Position numbers and translations under genes: made by a program. 51,903 nucleotides of DNA from Xylographa opegraphella (Eukaryota): positions 1 to 51,903 of the forward strand of contig JALDZX010000091.1 in NCBI GenBank assembly GCA_022813865.1, given 5' to 3'. The notes beneath the pieces are model-generated. The model was not told the origin of the DNA. It saw nothing but the letters and a program-made list of their open reading frames with translations, and made no database searches. Positions 1-11,734 of this stretch are shown here, piece by piece (the first letter of the stretch is position 1; every line of letters begins with the position of its first letter).

Positions 1-951
1 CTAAGGAGGCAGAGGAGGCAGCCGGAATAAGGTTCCTCCGACCCTTGTTCCACACAACATTGGTCAGAACCTTATCAGCAAGGAGCACTCGAACTCAACA
101 TCAATAGATACAGAGTATGATTTGTCATTTCGCAGTCCCCATCACAGGAGCATAGGTGGGTGTATAGCTGCTGGTGCAACCTTGTTGGATGATCTTTAAA
201 GGAAGAAGTACACGCACAATTTGATATGTGTCAAATATATTACGAGTAGCCTACCTTAAGGTAGGTAATGGATATAGGGCTCATTAGCCCTGAAGTCCGT
301 ACCTGTATATTACAGCTGGTGTGGAGACAGAGCTGGGGTGATCACGAATGTGACTGACTGTCCAGCAGACCTAACAGTGCGAGGTGCGAGGTGATGTGAT
401 GGCAGCATTAGGTGCGTCGTCACTGTACAGTTTGTGAACCGCTTGACTTTCCGATGCAGAATCACCCCTCACCATGCACATTATGCGTGACACTGAATCA
501 TCTATTACAATACTTGATGGAGAAGATGATTCTCTCGCAAGCAGCAAGCCTGGCTAGTGCATCAACATGGTTTGGTGGAACATACGAAAGAGTGGACATG
601 CAATCAACGCAGAATGCACAGGGAGCAGATTCGAGCTTTCTCGGTTCTAACAAAGAAACATTATTTTAAGCAGAATCTCTATCTGCTGATAGGCAGCATT
701 TGTGGTAAGCGGGATCAAGCATCAAGATCAATGTGCCGTAGGCTCCGTCGGGCGAAAATGTATTTGGGACGAGTCATGCTGCATACGATTCGAATAACCA
801 TCGAAGAGCTATGGAGAGTGAGCCTGCCACACGACAGAGTCTCAGAGCCATATCCCATATATACTTTGGATTACTCTATTTACTGGCTGCTCCACCAACG
901 GAGCCAAAAGTCCTCTTGAATCCATCAGAATCAGCTTTGTTTCGTTTCGCC

Positions 952-1395
952 TTAGGTTCTAGCCTCATAACAACCCGCATTGCCGTACTCCTCCAGTTCA
1001 CTTTGACTGTCATCTGTTTCAAACGAGTCACCCGTCTCCAGGCCCAGCTCTCGTCTCCCTGCCCTATCTTCTCGTCTGCGTATTCTTTCAAACTCCCGTA
1101 AGAACTGATTTGCGTCGTCCTGGGCATCGCGCAAGTCCTTCTTGAACCTCTCGTTCCGCTTCAATCTTGCGTCCCTCGTATCTTCGTCGTCGTCGCTGAA
1201 CTCCGTGTCAACTAAAATTCCACGAACATACTGCATGAACCACGCGATTTCTTCCTGCTCAGGGATTCCCTTGAGCCGTATATTCCTGCGACCCTCTCTC
1301 ATATACTGCTTTCTGATTCTAAGCACCCTTGCGTGTTTATAGGCATCATCTTGACCTTTCGCCAACGCCTTCAAGGTAGCCTCAATGCTAGCCAT
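952..1395 (-). CDS. Hypothetical charged protein (about 147 aa from the first ATG); no family recognised
   Basis: Open frame from ATG 1395 (MASIEATLKALAKG...) to TAA 952. Charged, helix-like composition (DTEFSDDDEDTRDARLKRNERFKKDL). No motif recognised; the 3' end may be spliced or degraded. Confidence 0.35.
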   Translation of the reverse strand: MASIEATLKALAKGQDDAYKHARVLRIRKQYMREGRRNIRLKGIPEQEEIAWFMQYVRGILVDTEFSDDDEDTRDARLKRNERFKKDLRDAQDDANQFLREFERIRRREDRAGRRELGLETGDSFETDDSQSELEEYGNAGCYEART

Positions 1396-2894
1396 TTCCA
1401 ATTGAGGATCACTCCCGTTGCTCAAGCTGACGATGCTTGGATGAAGATGCGTGGGTACCTCGAGTTCGTACTACAGTGATAAGTTATAACAACAAAAAAC
1501 CCGTCAGATTTTTGTCGTCCGGGTCCGGAGCCATAATACCCAGTCGCTCGTCATGCATATAAGATGTGCGAGCGTCGTGCAACAACTTGAAGATGATCTC
1601 CGTAATACAAGGAAACCGAAGCTTGTGGCATCAAAACTTTGTGGAGTATATAAGGGATGGTCTCGAGTCACAAAATAAATATCTCATGAGAATTACGAGC
1701 GTTTAGTCTGACAAAATTCCTCTTTCACATCCAGGTCTCTAACCTCACGGCTCATGATACCCCCTCATACCAGCTTGACCCACCGCGAAGTACCGTATCT
1801 ATTCCATACAATCAAGGGTGTCGACCCAGTATTGCCAATATTCCAAAACGGACCAGGTTGAGACCTTCAAATTGAACTTACTATGAAGCCTGTTAAGTAA
1901 GCCAGGCTGACCATCTTAGAACTTCAATACAATAAACCCACTCAGACCGATAGTCTCAGCGAAAAACTTGAACGGCCCTGCTTGAACTTCAGCTCTGCCA
2001 ATTAGGAGGCCAGACGAGTGAGCTGGGCCGATCGTCAGATTTTCAAGAAAATTGAGCGGGTGCTGGCCGACAAGACCGAAATATAGGCGGCGCTGTGAAG
2101 ATTCCATTGTATTTATATAGTAGCAACAGCCTCGATCATTGGAGTATAGCATATCGTGCCACTGTCGAAATATTCTGCTCGATTCACGCATCGAAACCGC
2201 GACTGAATTCGCTCTATGGGACCACAGAATTTTTTGTTTGAGGACCACGATCTTGTCCTCGTGACGTGCAATACTTCTGTGAAGATCATGGATCTCTGGG
2301 AGAGATTGGCCGTGTTTTTCGTAACACCTTGAGCGTTGCAGTAATTCAGTCACCATAATTCGATTATGGGTAGAGGCAGGATAGCAAGAATACCGAGATT
2401 CAAGATATTGAACAACATCGACTGTCCATGATATTAAGTATGCGAATATGCGGGCAGACATCGCCTGAGACCGATTTCGACTATGTGTGCTCGATGGGAT
2501 TGCGCACCTCGTGGAAATCAATCGTGCGGATAGCTGCATACATGAATACCTTAGTAATTAGCTGCATCATAGGTACATTATTAGAACCAACTTAACCTTT
2601 AGTCTAGAACACTTACTTAATAGTGAGTTGTAATAAGAATGGTCGTGTAATGCTGGTTGGCAAATAGCATAATACGAATGGCATTGGAAGCCGAGACTCG
2701 GTATGCAAAGATTGGGTCAGAAGTCCTGTCACTAATATCGGTTGAAAGTACAATAAGGATGGAACTTCCTTGTCGGTAAAATAGAGAGACAGTGACGTGG
2801 ATCTATCCTTCACGCTCATAATTTGGACTGAAGCGACCGACTCATCAAAAAAAGAATTCAAGTGAAGGGGCTCTCACCCCGGAGACCTTGTTTC

Positions 2895-3878
2895 TTAATG
2901 CAACCAATGCTCGGCTTGGATAAGCAGTTGCTCCAGAAGGAGTACATTCAGCGGCAGGTTTGGTGTTGAATTTGTGGTCTCACCTTCTGGTGCCATTAGA
3001 GTCACTTGCGGTACTACTTTCACCTTTCCGTCGGCAGCAAGGGCAAATCCTGCGCAGGTCAACCTTGAGACTGTAACCAGGCAATGATGCATATCCAAAG
3101 CTGTTTGCTTTTTAATGTAACTTCGAATACTACACATGAAGGGTCCGCTTCTAGAGTGGTCGCCATTATTTTCCTTCCCTTGGATTGTAACCCTGCCTCG
3201 ATCTAAAAATGATAGAACGTCTTCCCTCCTTATGTTGATAGCTAGATTCCTCAAATTTGCGGCAATTGGTGCTTTGAACCCCAAGACCAACTGGATGCTT
3301 CTGACTTGCGTTTCAAAATTATGGGTATCTTGAGGCCGGGCTGCTTCAAGAAGTCTCTCAAGCACATTCTCTATGAAATGACTGGATAGGCGCATCGGTT
3401 CAATGCGAACATCGAAGGTAGGCGTTAGGTAGTCGAGGACTATGTCTCGAACGGCGGAAGGCATACGCGTAAGGAGCAGCGGCAGACGTGTTTGTCCAGA
3501 GGTCTCCAGCCGTCCACTTGTTGAAGACCGTAGTATGAATGCTGTGTAAGTGTTGGTTTTGTACCCCAGCGCTATATGTATGCCTTCGAACCGAGTAAAT
3601 CCCTGCAGATCGATTTGGCTCGTTGACTCCAACATCAAGGAGCGCCAATGACAGTTCTGTATCCGTCCTAAGCCGGTAGATTCTGCTTGATTGTAACGAC
3701 CGACTCTCACGCCGCGTAGAATATCTCCCTTCAGGGCGTCGTTCAACCGACGTGAGTGTGCAAGTAGTGTCTCTTGTGCGAAAAGTGGTGGCGCAACGGG
3801 ATGGTTGAGAGGAGAGAGTCGATGCAATATGAAGGTTCCACTGTAGAGAGCGTCAGTCCAAAAGCCTTCGCTCATCAT
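2895..3878 (-). CDS. fta1: Kinetochore Sim4/CCAN subunit CENP-L (Fta1)
   Basis: Intronless ORF of about 327 aa. N-terminal LYSGTFILHRLSPL, then RLNDALKGDILRGVRVG, LPLLLTRMP..VRDIVLDYL..TFD and C-terminal C.GF.L..DGKVK match fungal CENP-L/Fta1 as I recall the family. Confidence 0.8.
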   Translation of the reverse strand: MMSEGFWTDALYSGTFILHRLSPLNHPVAPPLFAQETLLAHSRRLNDALKGDILRGVRVGRYNQAESTGLGRIQNCHWRSLMLESTSQIDLQGFTRFEGIHIALGYKTNTYTAFILRSSTSGRLETSGQTRLPLLLTRMPSAVRDIVLDYLTPTFDVRIEPMRLSSHFIENVLERLLEAARPQDTHNFETQVRSIQLVLGFKAPIAANLRNLAINIRREDVLSFLDRGRVTIQGKENNGDHSRSGPFMCSIRSYIKKQTALDMHHCLVTVSRLTCAGFALAADGKVKVVPQVTLMAPEGETTNSTPNLPLNVLLLEQLLIQAEHWLH

Positions 3879-4249
3879 GGACAATGCCCGTCCTGAGCGT
3901 AGACCAAGATGGTGAGGTCTCTGTTTGGTTTTGGCCCTGAGGCCTCGCGCGTGAGGTACCTTGCAGACGCGCAGAGGTCCGTGCTATCGATTAAGAGCGG
4001 CGTCACTTCTCCGCCGGCAAGAAGTCTGTGTGTATTCGAAACTACTTCGACCAGCGTTCGTTGCGCCAAGCCATATCCTAAGGCCTCTGCATATATTCAT
4101 ATTGCTGGCGTTCACCTCCATGCAGTACTCAGCTTCTGTAAAGGTACAAAGTCCCTTGACTCACCTAAGAGGCCCTTGATCCAGACTGAACATCGTCGAG
4201 CGAGCTTCGATTGGATCCCCCTTGACTTACTCGGCTCACTGTAAGGCGT

Positions 4250-7200
4250 ATGGACCGCAAGAGAAAGCGTATGCAGTCATCTGCTAGTTGTAAATATACG
4301 GGCTAACATGTTGTGTTGCCAGGCGAGCTGCGCGATCTTAACCTTCGGGTCTGGGCTGGAGACAAGGGTGAATCCACGCGGCATTCCATGGTTAAGAGAC
4401 TATTAATTCAGAGATAGATATCTTTAATACCAGTGGCACACTCGATTCCTCCTTGAAGAAAAATACCGCGTTTATAAAACGTCTTCGAACGGCAATCACT
4501 GGCACCGCAGTATCTACTTTCCTACAAGAGATCAGTACGCTGTCTCTCTACAAGTATTTATCCGAAGTTATTTCTGCAAGCTATGAGGGCTTATGTCGGC
4601 TGAAGACGCCTGCCGAGATTTCAGCTGCCGTTGAAGTAATCAGCGCCCTCCATCAGCGGTTCGGCTCTGCAGAGTATACTTGCTACTTGGGGTGGCTGCT
4701 GGGAAAGGGACTCACCACGCCTGATCGCTCCCAGCTGAGGAATTTGGCACAAGATCAGAGGGACAAAGAAGAAAGGGAACGGTTGGCAAGGCAGCGTGTC
4801 TTGCTGAAGGTTGTCACCGAGCTCTGGCTCGTGGGAGTGCTTAGAAGTCTCGAAGATGTGGTTAGGCCGGAGGATGCTACCGTCAAGGGGAAAGAGAACT
4901 CAGGGCCAAATGCCAGTAAGCTCGGTGAACTCGTCAATAAGTCTAAGGCTAGTTCACAAGCCAACAAGACAGCGAATCCTGACGCGGAAGCCTTTCCATT
5001 AGAAGTCCTCAAAGATCTTCTGATTCATGATAAGGACCATGTTAACCTGTTGCTGGTGGTTCTATTTGTTAAGTCTTTTGGATGGGATATTCTAGGAGTA
5101 AAGTCTGGAACGGAAGGTGGACGTCAGACAGTCGAAGCTGATGGTGTTGCCAATACTACAGCGGACTATGAAGATACTGGATCTGCGGATGAATTTTCTC
5201 CATCGAACGGTGTAGCAACAGATATTCCACTCATCGGTCCAGAGCTCCAAGAGAGATTCAAGAATGTATTAGATCGCTACCTGGATGATGTCAAACTGCA
5301 TCTTGTAAAGGACCAGAAAGCTATCGCAGCTCAAGCTCGGCGGAATGCTGAAGTATATGTCAAATCTGGAGAAGTTTTCGAGGATCGGCAGGCCAGCTAC
5401 GATAGGCAGTTGAAGGCACAAGAGAAATTGACCTCGAACGTGCAGGTCCTGTGTGATGCTCTTGGCTCTGATATGCCAGATCTAAAAGAGAAAGATACCA
5501 CTGATGTAGCAGGTATTAGTGGCATTGGTCTGATCAAGACAGGTGATTATCTACGTGGTCAAGGCGAAGGCGCTGGCATCTGGGAGGACGAAGAGGAAAG
5601 ACGGTTCTATGAAAACCTAATCGACTTGAAGGATCGCGTACCAGGAGTTCTATTAGAAGAGCCCAAGAAGAAAAAAGCGGATGGCGATGAGCAAGTTGGA
5701 AAAAGGGCTGATTTCACTGAACCTGGAAGCCAGACCAAAGCATTTCAAGAGACTTCACCCATAACGGACATTGCTGAGGAACAATCAGTTGCCATAGCCA
5801 ATAAAACGGTTGGCGCTCAGGTTGATTCACTTCTGGCGCGCTTGCCAGATTTACAAAGCAAGGAGGCAGTCGACCAGGCAGCGATGGACTTCTGCTTTCT
5901 CAACTCCAAAGCTTCACGAAATCGATTGATCAAAGCTGTGCAGGAGGTTCCAAAGGGCCGTACAGACCTGTTGCCTCTATATTCACGACTCGTCGCGACC
6001 CTGGGTAAGTACCTTCCAGACGTCTCTCATGGTCTAGTCTCGTATCTGGATGAAGAATTCAGGAGTCTGCAAAGGAGGAAACAGAAGGACTTTTTAGGTC
6101 AAGTGAGAACTGGTAATATCAGATATCTTGCTGAGTTGACAAAGTTTGGCGTGGTCCCGGAACACGTAATCTTTCATTGCCTAAAAGTCAGTATTGATGA
6201 TTTTTCAAGGATGAACATTGAGATTATTGGTAACCTCCTGGAGAACTGTGGTCGATATTTGCTTCGAAATTCAGATACAGCACCCAGGATGAAATCATTC
6301 CTTGAGACCCTCCAGCGTAAGAAAGCAGCTCAGCATATTGGACAGCAAGAACGTATGATCATTGAGAATGCAATGTACTATGTCAACCCTCCCGAACGTG
6401 CCGCAATTCAGCAAAAAGAGCGGACTCCAGTTGATCTCTTCGTTCGGAAGATTGTGTATTTGGATATGAACAAGCGTACTTATACGAAAGTATTGAAATC
6501 GATTCGAAAACTGCACTGGGAGGAGCCGGAGGTGAGCCACATATGTTCTGATATTGAGGTTTTCCTAATATCCTTCAGGTTGTGGAACTACTGGAAAAGA
6601 TCTTCTCTAAACCAGGAAAAGTAAAGTACAGCAATATTCATTTGCTTGCTATGGTAGTCGCAGCTCTATACCGCTACCATCAAGACTTTGTCGTGACGAT
6701 TATCGACACATTGCTTGAACAAATTACCCTGGGTCTGGAGCAGAACGATTTCAAATTCAATCAACGCCGGATTGCAGAGGTCAAATATCTCGGAGAACTT
6801 TATAACTACAAGATGGTGGACTCGCCAGTCATATTTGATACCATGTACCGCATAGTAACTTTTGGCCATCGTAAGTCATTAAGCTTTAGAAATCTTGATC
6901 GTTACTGAAGCAGCATATAGCGAATGGTACACCTACACCGGGTCGGTTTAATCCATTAGACATGCCAGACGATTTCTTCCGTATTCGCTTGATCTGTAAT
7001 ATTCTTGATACTTGTGGTATCTGCTTTGATCGTGGAGCTGCTAAAAAGAAACTGGATTTTTTCCTGACCTTCTTTCAGGTAAAGATCACATACGTCCTGT
7101 GGTAGATAGTGCTGACGTCGATTTAGTACTACATTCATACTAAAGATCCATTACCAATGGATATTGACTTCATTATTCATGACACATACGCATTGACAAG

Positions 7201-8358
7201 GCCTCAGTGGAAACTTGTGACTAACCTTGAGGAAGCCGGTAGTGCTTTCTCCGATGCTGTCTCACAGAACTATAAAGGTCAGGAGCCTGAACGGATTGCG
7301 GAATCTGACGACGTCGAAGATGATGCTTCTTCCGATGGTGGAGACGAGGACGAGCCTCGAGGTACAGAAATGGATGACGCCCATTCTTCAAGCGAAGAAG
7401 TCGAGCAAGAAGTGAATATATTCCACACAATCTATGTTGTGACTTGCTTATAGTGCTTGCAGACTTTAACGAATGGAGATGCCAAGCGTAACTCCGATTT
7501 CGAAGAAGAAATTGTCGTGACACGCCAAGAGACTGAACGCGACGTGGAAGCTGAAGCCGAATTTGATAGGGAACTAGCAAAGATGATGTCCGAGAGCATA
7601 GATTCTCGCAAATCCGACCGCAAGCAAATGTTCGACGTGCCACTTCCTATGAGGCGAGCACAACGTGATATTTCGACAGCTGCAGATGACAGCCCAAGCG
7701 AGGGGACGGCAACACCACCGAACACCATGGCGTTCTCGCTGATGACCAAGAAAGGCAATCGGCAGCAGGTACTTTCGCATTTCGGCTCGTGTAAATCTAT
7801 GTCTCATCACTGATGTCTCTATAGACTCGCACTATTGAGCTCCCCTCAGATTCTCACTTTGCCGTCGCAATGAAGTCACAGAAGGAAGCCGAGCGCGCTG
7901 AACAGCAGCGCATCAAGAACCTGGTCTTGAACTACGATCTACAAGACTCTGCAGATCACGACGGTACAGACAATAGTCTCTATTCTCAATACTTCTCCAC
8001 TCCCAACCCCAACCTCCCCAAACACTATCCCAGACCCCCAAGTACCATCGCTCACGGTCATCTATCTCAAGGTCTCGGTGGTGGCGAGAAGTACGGTGCT
8101 TCTCACCACCAACACAATGCATCTTTGCATCAATCGGCGCCGAATCACGCGAACGCCAGACCCGCTGACAAGTCTGGCGCGAACCGAGGCGGTCAGCGTG
8201 CGAGGAAACTGCAGCTCAGTGACGTGGACTGGTACGAGCCGAAGCCTGAGCCACAACAGCCAGGCGTTTCTTTTGACCCTCGTGGCCGCGGTCGTGGTCG
8301 TGGCAGATACCGCAGAACGGTTGGCTAATCGAGTCTGGCGTGCATGTTTAGGACGTAA
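4250..8358 (+). CDS. NMD2: Nonsense-mediated decay factor UPF2/NMD2 (MIF4G domains plus Upf1-binding C-terminus)
   Basis: Hand-spliced exons 4250-4268, 4323-4367, 4418-6531, 6579-6870, 6921-7078, 7127-7411, 7463-7768, then 7825 onward. Ends at 8328 if unspliced, or at 8358 with intron 8232-8351; optional intron 7964-8071. Motifs LDSSLKKNTAFIKRL, IWEDEEERRFYENLIDL, YLGELYNY, DDFFRIRL, AEFDRELAKMMSES and FSLMTKKGNRQQ. Confidence 0.95.
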
Positions 8359-8984
8359 CGGAAACTGAAGCTTGCATCAGGCTTGCAAGCTTACCACATC
8401 TCCACCTCGAACACGTTCTCGTTGACGACCATCAACCCTGGACTTTCATCCCAGCTGAGGCAGCTTCCAGGCTGCATCTACTGGCCCTACACGATGGGAA
8501 ACTACACGCAGGCGCGCCTGGTCACTGTGCCACCACAGACGGATCCGGCTACACTGGATGGCACCCGGCTCCTCACGCTGAGACTCTTCGAGTGCATGTA
8601 CAGCAGAAAAGAGGAGACTTCTGAAGTGTTGTTGCGAGGGCAGAGAGGGGAAGGACGGCGATATGTTAGGGGGCGAATAAGGAAGGCGTGATGTCTGCGT
8701 GTTTCATAGTTGCGGCTCGCTTTGCTTGTATGCTAGATAGTCAGACTGTGTCATGGCGGTGCATTACGAAATGAAATTGTTATATCCCGTATTGTACATG
8801 GTGTCCCGTCTGGAGTTGATATGCGACATGCCTAAATGAGTCTGCTCAGATACATGACAGGCACATACTCGGTCTGCCTACAGTAAGATCACTACGATGG
8901 TACACAAAAGCTAGGTTTTCATAAGGCATATCACGAGAAGGCATGTTTACTGGAGCTCAGAGCTGGGTAAATATTAAATTTCGT

Positions 8985-9121
8985 GAGAAAAACAAAAAAC
9001 AATGTACCGCAACCCGCAGAACAAAACAGAGCCCCGCAACACATGCAACCTATGAAAAAAAACAAAACAAAAAACAGAAAAACAAAAATAAACAAAAATA
9101 AACAAACAAAAACTATCAACA
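8985..9121. repeat. A-rich low-complexity tract (T-rich on - strand), just 3' of the zinc-finger gene
   Basis: Runs such as aaaaaaaacaaaacaaaaaacagaaaaacaaaaataaacaaaaataaacaaacaaaaac are directly visible. Confidence 0.85.
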
Positions 9122-9129
9122 CAAGTAAT

Positions 9130-9927
9130 TTACAAAGGAGAAGCCACCGCAGCCTGAACAATCCCCCGGGACCAGATATCCACATGCATGTAGTGGTAGT
9201 ATGAACACCTTGGCGGCCCGTAGGCGGCGGTCTCTCCCTCTCCCTGGCTCATTGTATCGTCCTCAGCCTCGTCCTGAACACAAGTTAGTCAATGGTCTAA
9301 TAGGAAGAGTTGGATGTGGTTCTGACCATGCCGACAAAATTGACCGCTTGATAGCAAGCTGCGTTGGCAGCGAAGGCGGGGCGAGGGCGGCGAGGGTGGC
9401 GGCGGGCGAGGCGACGGGCGAGGCGATGAGCTCGGCGGTACAAAACACCGGCCGGAGCCGCGGCGGGAAGAGAGGAGGGAGGGGCAAAGACGGGGCCTGC
9501 GAGAGGAGGAGCAGCGACCAGGGCGGGAGGAGGAGCGGCGACCAGGGCGAGAGGGGGAGCGGCGACCAAGGCGGCAGGAGGCGCGGCAACAGGGGTGGGA
9601 GCAGGAGGGCCAGTCTTGTAGTTGTAGGGCGTCATCCTACAACTGGGATCGCTATCCCATGGTAACCCATGCGGGTTTCCCCGGTTCCGTTGGCAAAGTT
9701 GCCAGTGCCGAAGGTAGATTGTGCTCCTCCGCGTGAAGGAGCGGCGACAAAGGCCGCAGATGAAGTCTGCGGGTGCGGCAGGGGCGGCAGGGGCGGCAGA
9801 GGAGACAGAGGAGACAGAGGCGGCAGGAGCGGCAGAGGTGTTGGCCGAAGCTGTTATATCAGTTAGTCCAGACGATCACGGTTCACCGTCATCGAGTGCT
9901 CGTACCCAAATGAAGACCGGAAGACAT
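9130..9927 (-). CDS. Small C2HC-type zinc-finger protein with Ala/Pro-rich repeats (about 229 aa, 3 exons)
   Basis: Exons 9927-9906, 9850-9327 and 9273-9130. Introns GTACGA...GACTAAC...CAG and GTCAGA...GACTAAC...CAG both keep the frame. Translation includes FICGLCRRSFTRRSTIYLRHWQLC followed by GNPHGLPWDSDPSC and LVAAPP repeats. Confidence 0.7.
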
Positions 9928-11734
9928 GTCGACCGATGGAGAGTTGTTGGAGTGGTAGCTGTGGGCTTTCTGGTTCGTCCACGAGAGATTGATCAGAAGA
10001 TCCAACTATGCTGAAGAGAAGAATGAGGTTGAAGTTAGAACTGTAGATATAGTAGTTCCAGAATTAGTGCCGCTGCGGATTTGTATTGCCAATCTTAGGA
10101 GGCGAACTAACCTCCCAGCCGCCGATAAAAGAGTGATTTCATATATATAAGTCCATCTTAGTGCCGCAGTGAATCCCGACAGGCAGCCTTGACCCCCGCC
10201 GGAGTGGTCAACACTGGCAGTTAAGTCCCATGTTTCGAAGGTATGTCCATCTTCTATAGCAAGGCCGCCACTCAGTCACGAAGAAGAACACCAAAGCACC
10301 ACACAGAAGTTGAAGCTCATATCGAAAGACAAATGAGTGTTAAAATATCGTAGAGAGATAAGGACAGAAAACACATTTCAATGACATCTTAAGAAATCCT
10401 CTGCAAGCATCTGCACACTGTCAAGAACACACACAATCGAACTTGTAGTTAGCAAACTGTCCATAGCTTCAATATACATTATATTTGAATATGTCAGGTC
10501 CTGTTAGTGGATCTATCTGCAAAAAGAGCTTCATTATGATGGCTACTACGACTATTCTACGAGAAAAGTATGGCATGTCGTTGAGGCGTCTATCTTAGCG
10601 GCCAGATTAGACGCAGCCGACATCTAGCTGTCGCTCAAGCAAGCGCAGGCGCGATCCCATGCTGCAGAAATATAAACGCCTGATGCACGGACCAGTTCAT
10701 CCCCAGCTTTCAGCCCGCACCATCTGGCAAGTACCATGGTACCACGCTGCCTCGACCTGTAAACTCACTCTGTCACTCGTCTTCGGAATCTTACCTCAAC
10801 GCCACAGATACGCGACCCGACTTTCGAACCGCCACGATCTCTCCACCTATGAAGATGATACATCTCTGTCGATCACCGTCATATGACTTTGCTCGCGCTT
10901 AACCATTTTCCTTTCGACTTCACCCACGACTCATCCGCCGATCTCACCACCGCGTGTAGCGGACTCGAGTACCATTGCTGATACGGTAGAAAGAATGGCA
11001 CAGGCATTTAGCTGCGACTCAGAGCTTCTACTTGCTCTGTGACTTCACGCGATGCTTTGAGAGCAGACTCCTCAACTGCCGTTTCGTATCTGAAATGGTA
11101 TGACCACCCCCATAAACTGGAGGTGTTTTTTCTCTCTTTCTATTGAAGTGGGAAACATGGCGTTCATGTAGGGGAAGGATGCGAGGAATAATGAGCGGGC
11201 GTTCGACAGAGATGGGAGAAGGGGTGCATCACGAGGATGAGGTTGGGGAGGAGTAGCCTTGGGAAGCGGGACTCCAAAAATGGGGAGGGAATCCTAATTA
11301 TGGTAGCCGAGGAATTAGAGGGAAGGGGAGGGGAATGAAAAGCTGATACCGGCTTAGCAATGGCGCAGGCTCATGGGAAGTCAGAGAATACATCGTTACA
11401 TTGACGCATCAACCGGTGTAAAGCCAAGAACGACGAAGCAGTTGTCGTGAAATATAGATTGAATACAAAGCATTCCCCGTCTAGGAGCAGCTTAGCCGTC
11501 CTTCTCAACGTATTCCACTGTATATCAACAATTTCTAAGTACGACTTACAATACCTCAACGCGTGATGCCTCACCTTAGAACCAAAATCGAGCACTAATC
11601 TATCCCAAAACTCTAATCACTTTTTGTCCTTCTAAGTACCCTGACCCTAATGATATCCAGGAGAATAATGCATGCTGATTACACGAGGTTATACAAGCCG
11701 TGGTGTAAAGATCAAGCGCTCAGACAGCCTCATT

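Noticed and set aside
250..265. Perfect 16-bp palindrome CCTACCTTAAGGTAGG
   Set aside because: TACC/GGTA-type palindromes are common in fungal intergenic DNA (similar ones near 19053 and 45805); no linked element.
1916..2539. 207-aa - strand ORF
   Set aside because: No recognisable domain or composition; cannot be supported as a gene.
9201..10014. Gly/Arg-rich + strand ORFs suggesting a retroelement gag or RGG protein
   Set aside because: Antisense reading of the spliced zinc-finger gene; no RT, integrase, LTR or TIR seen.
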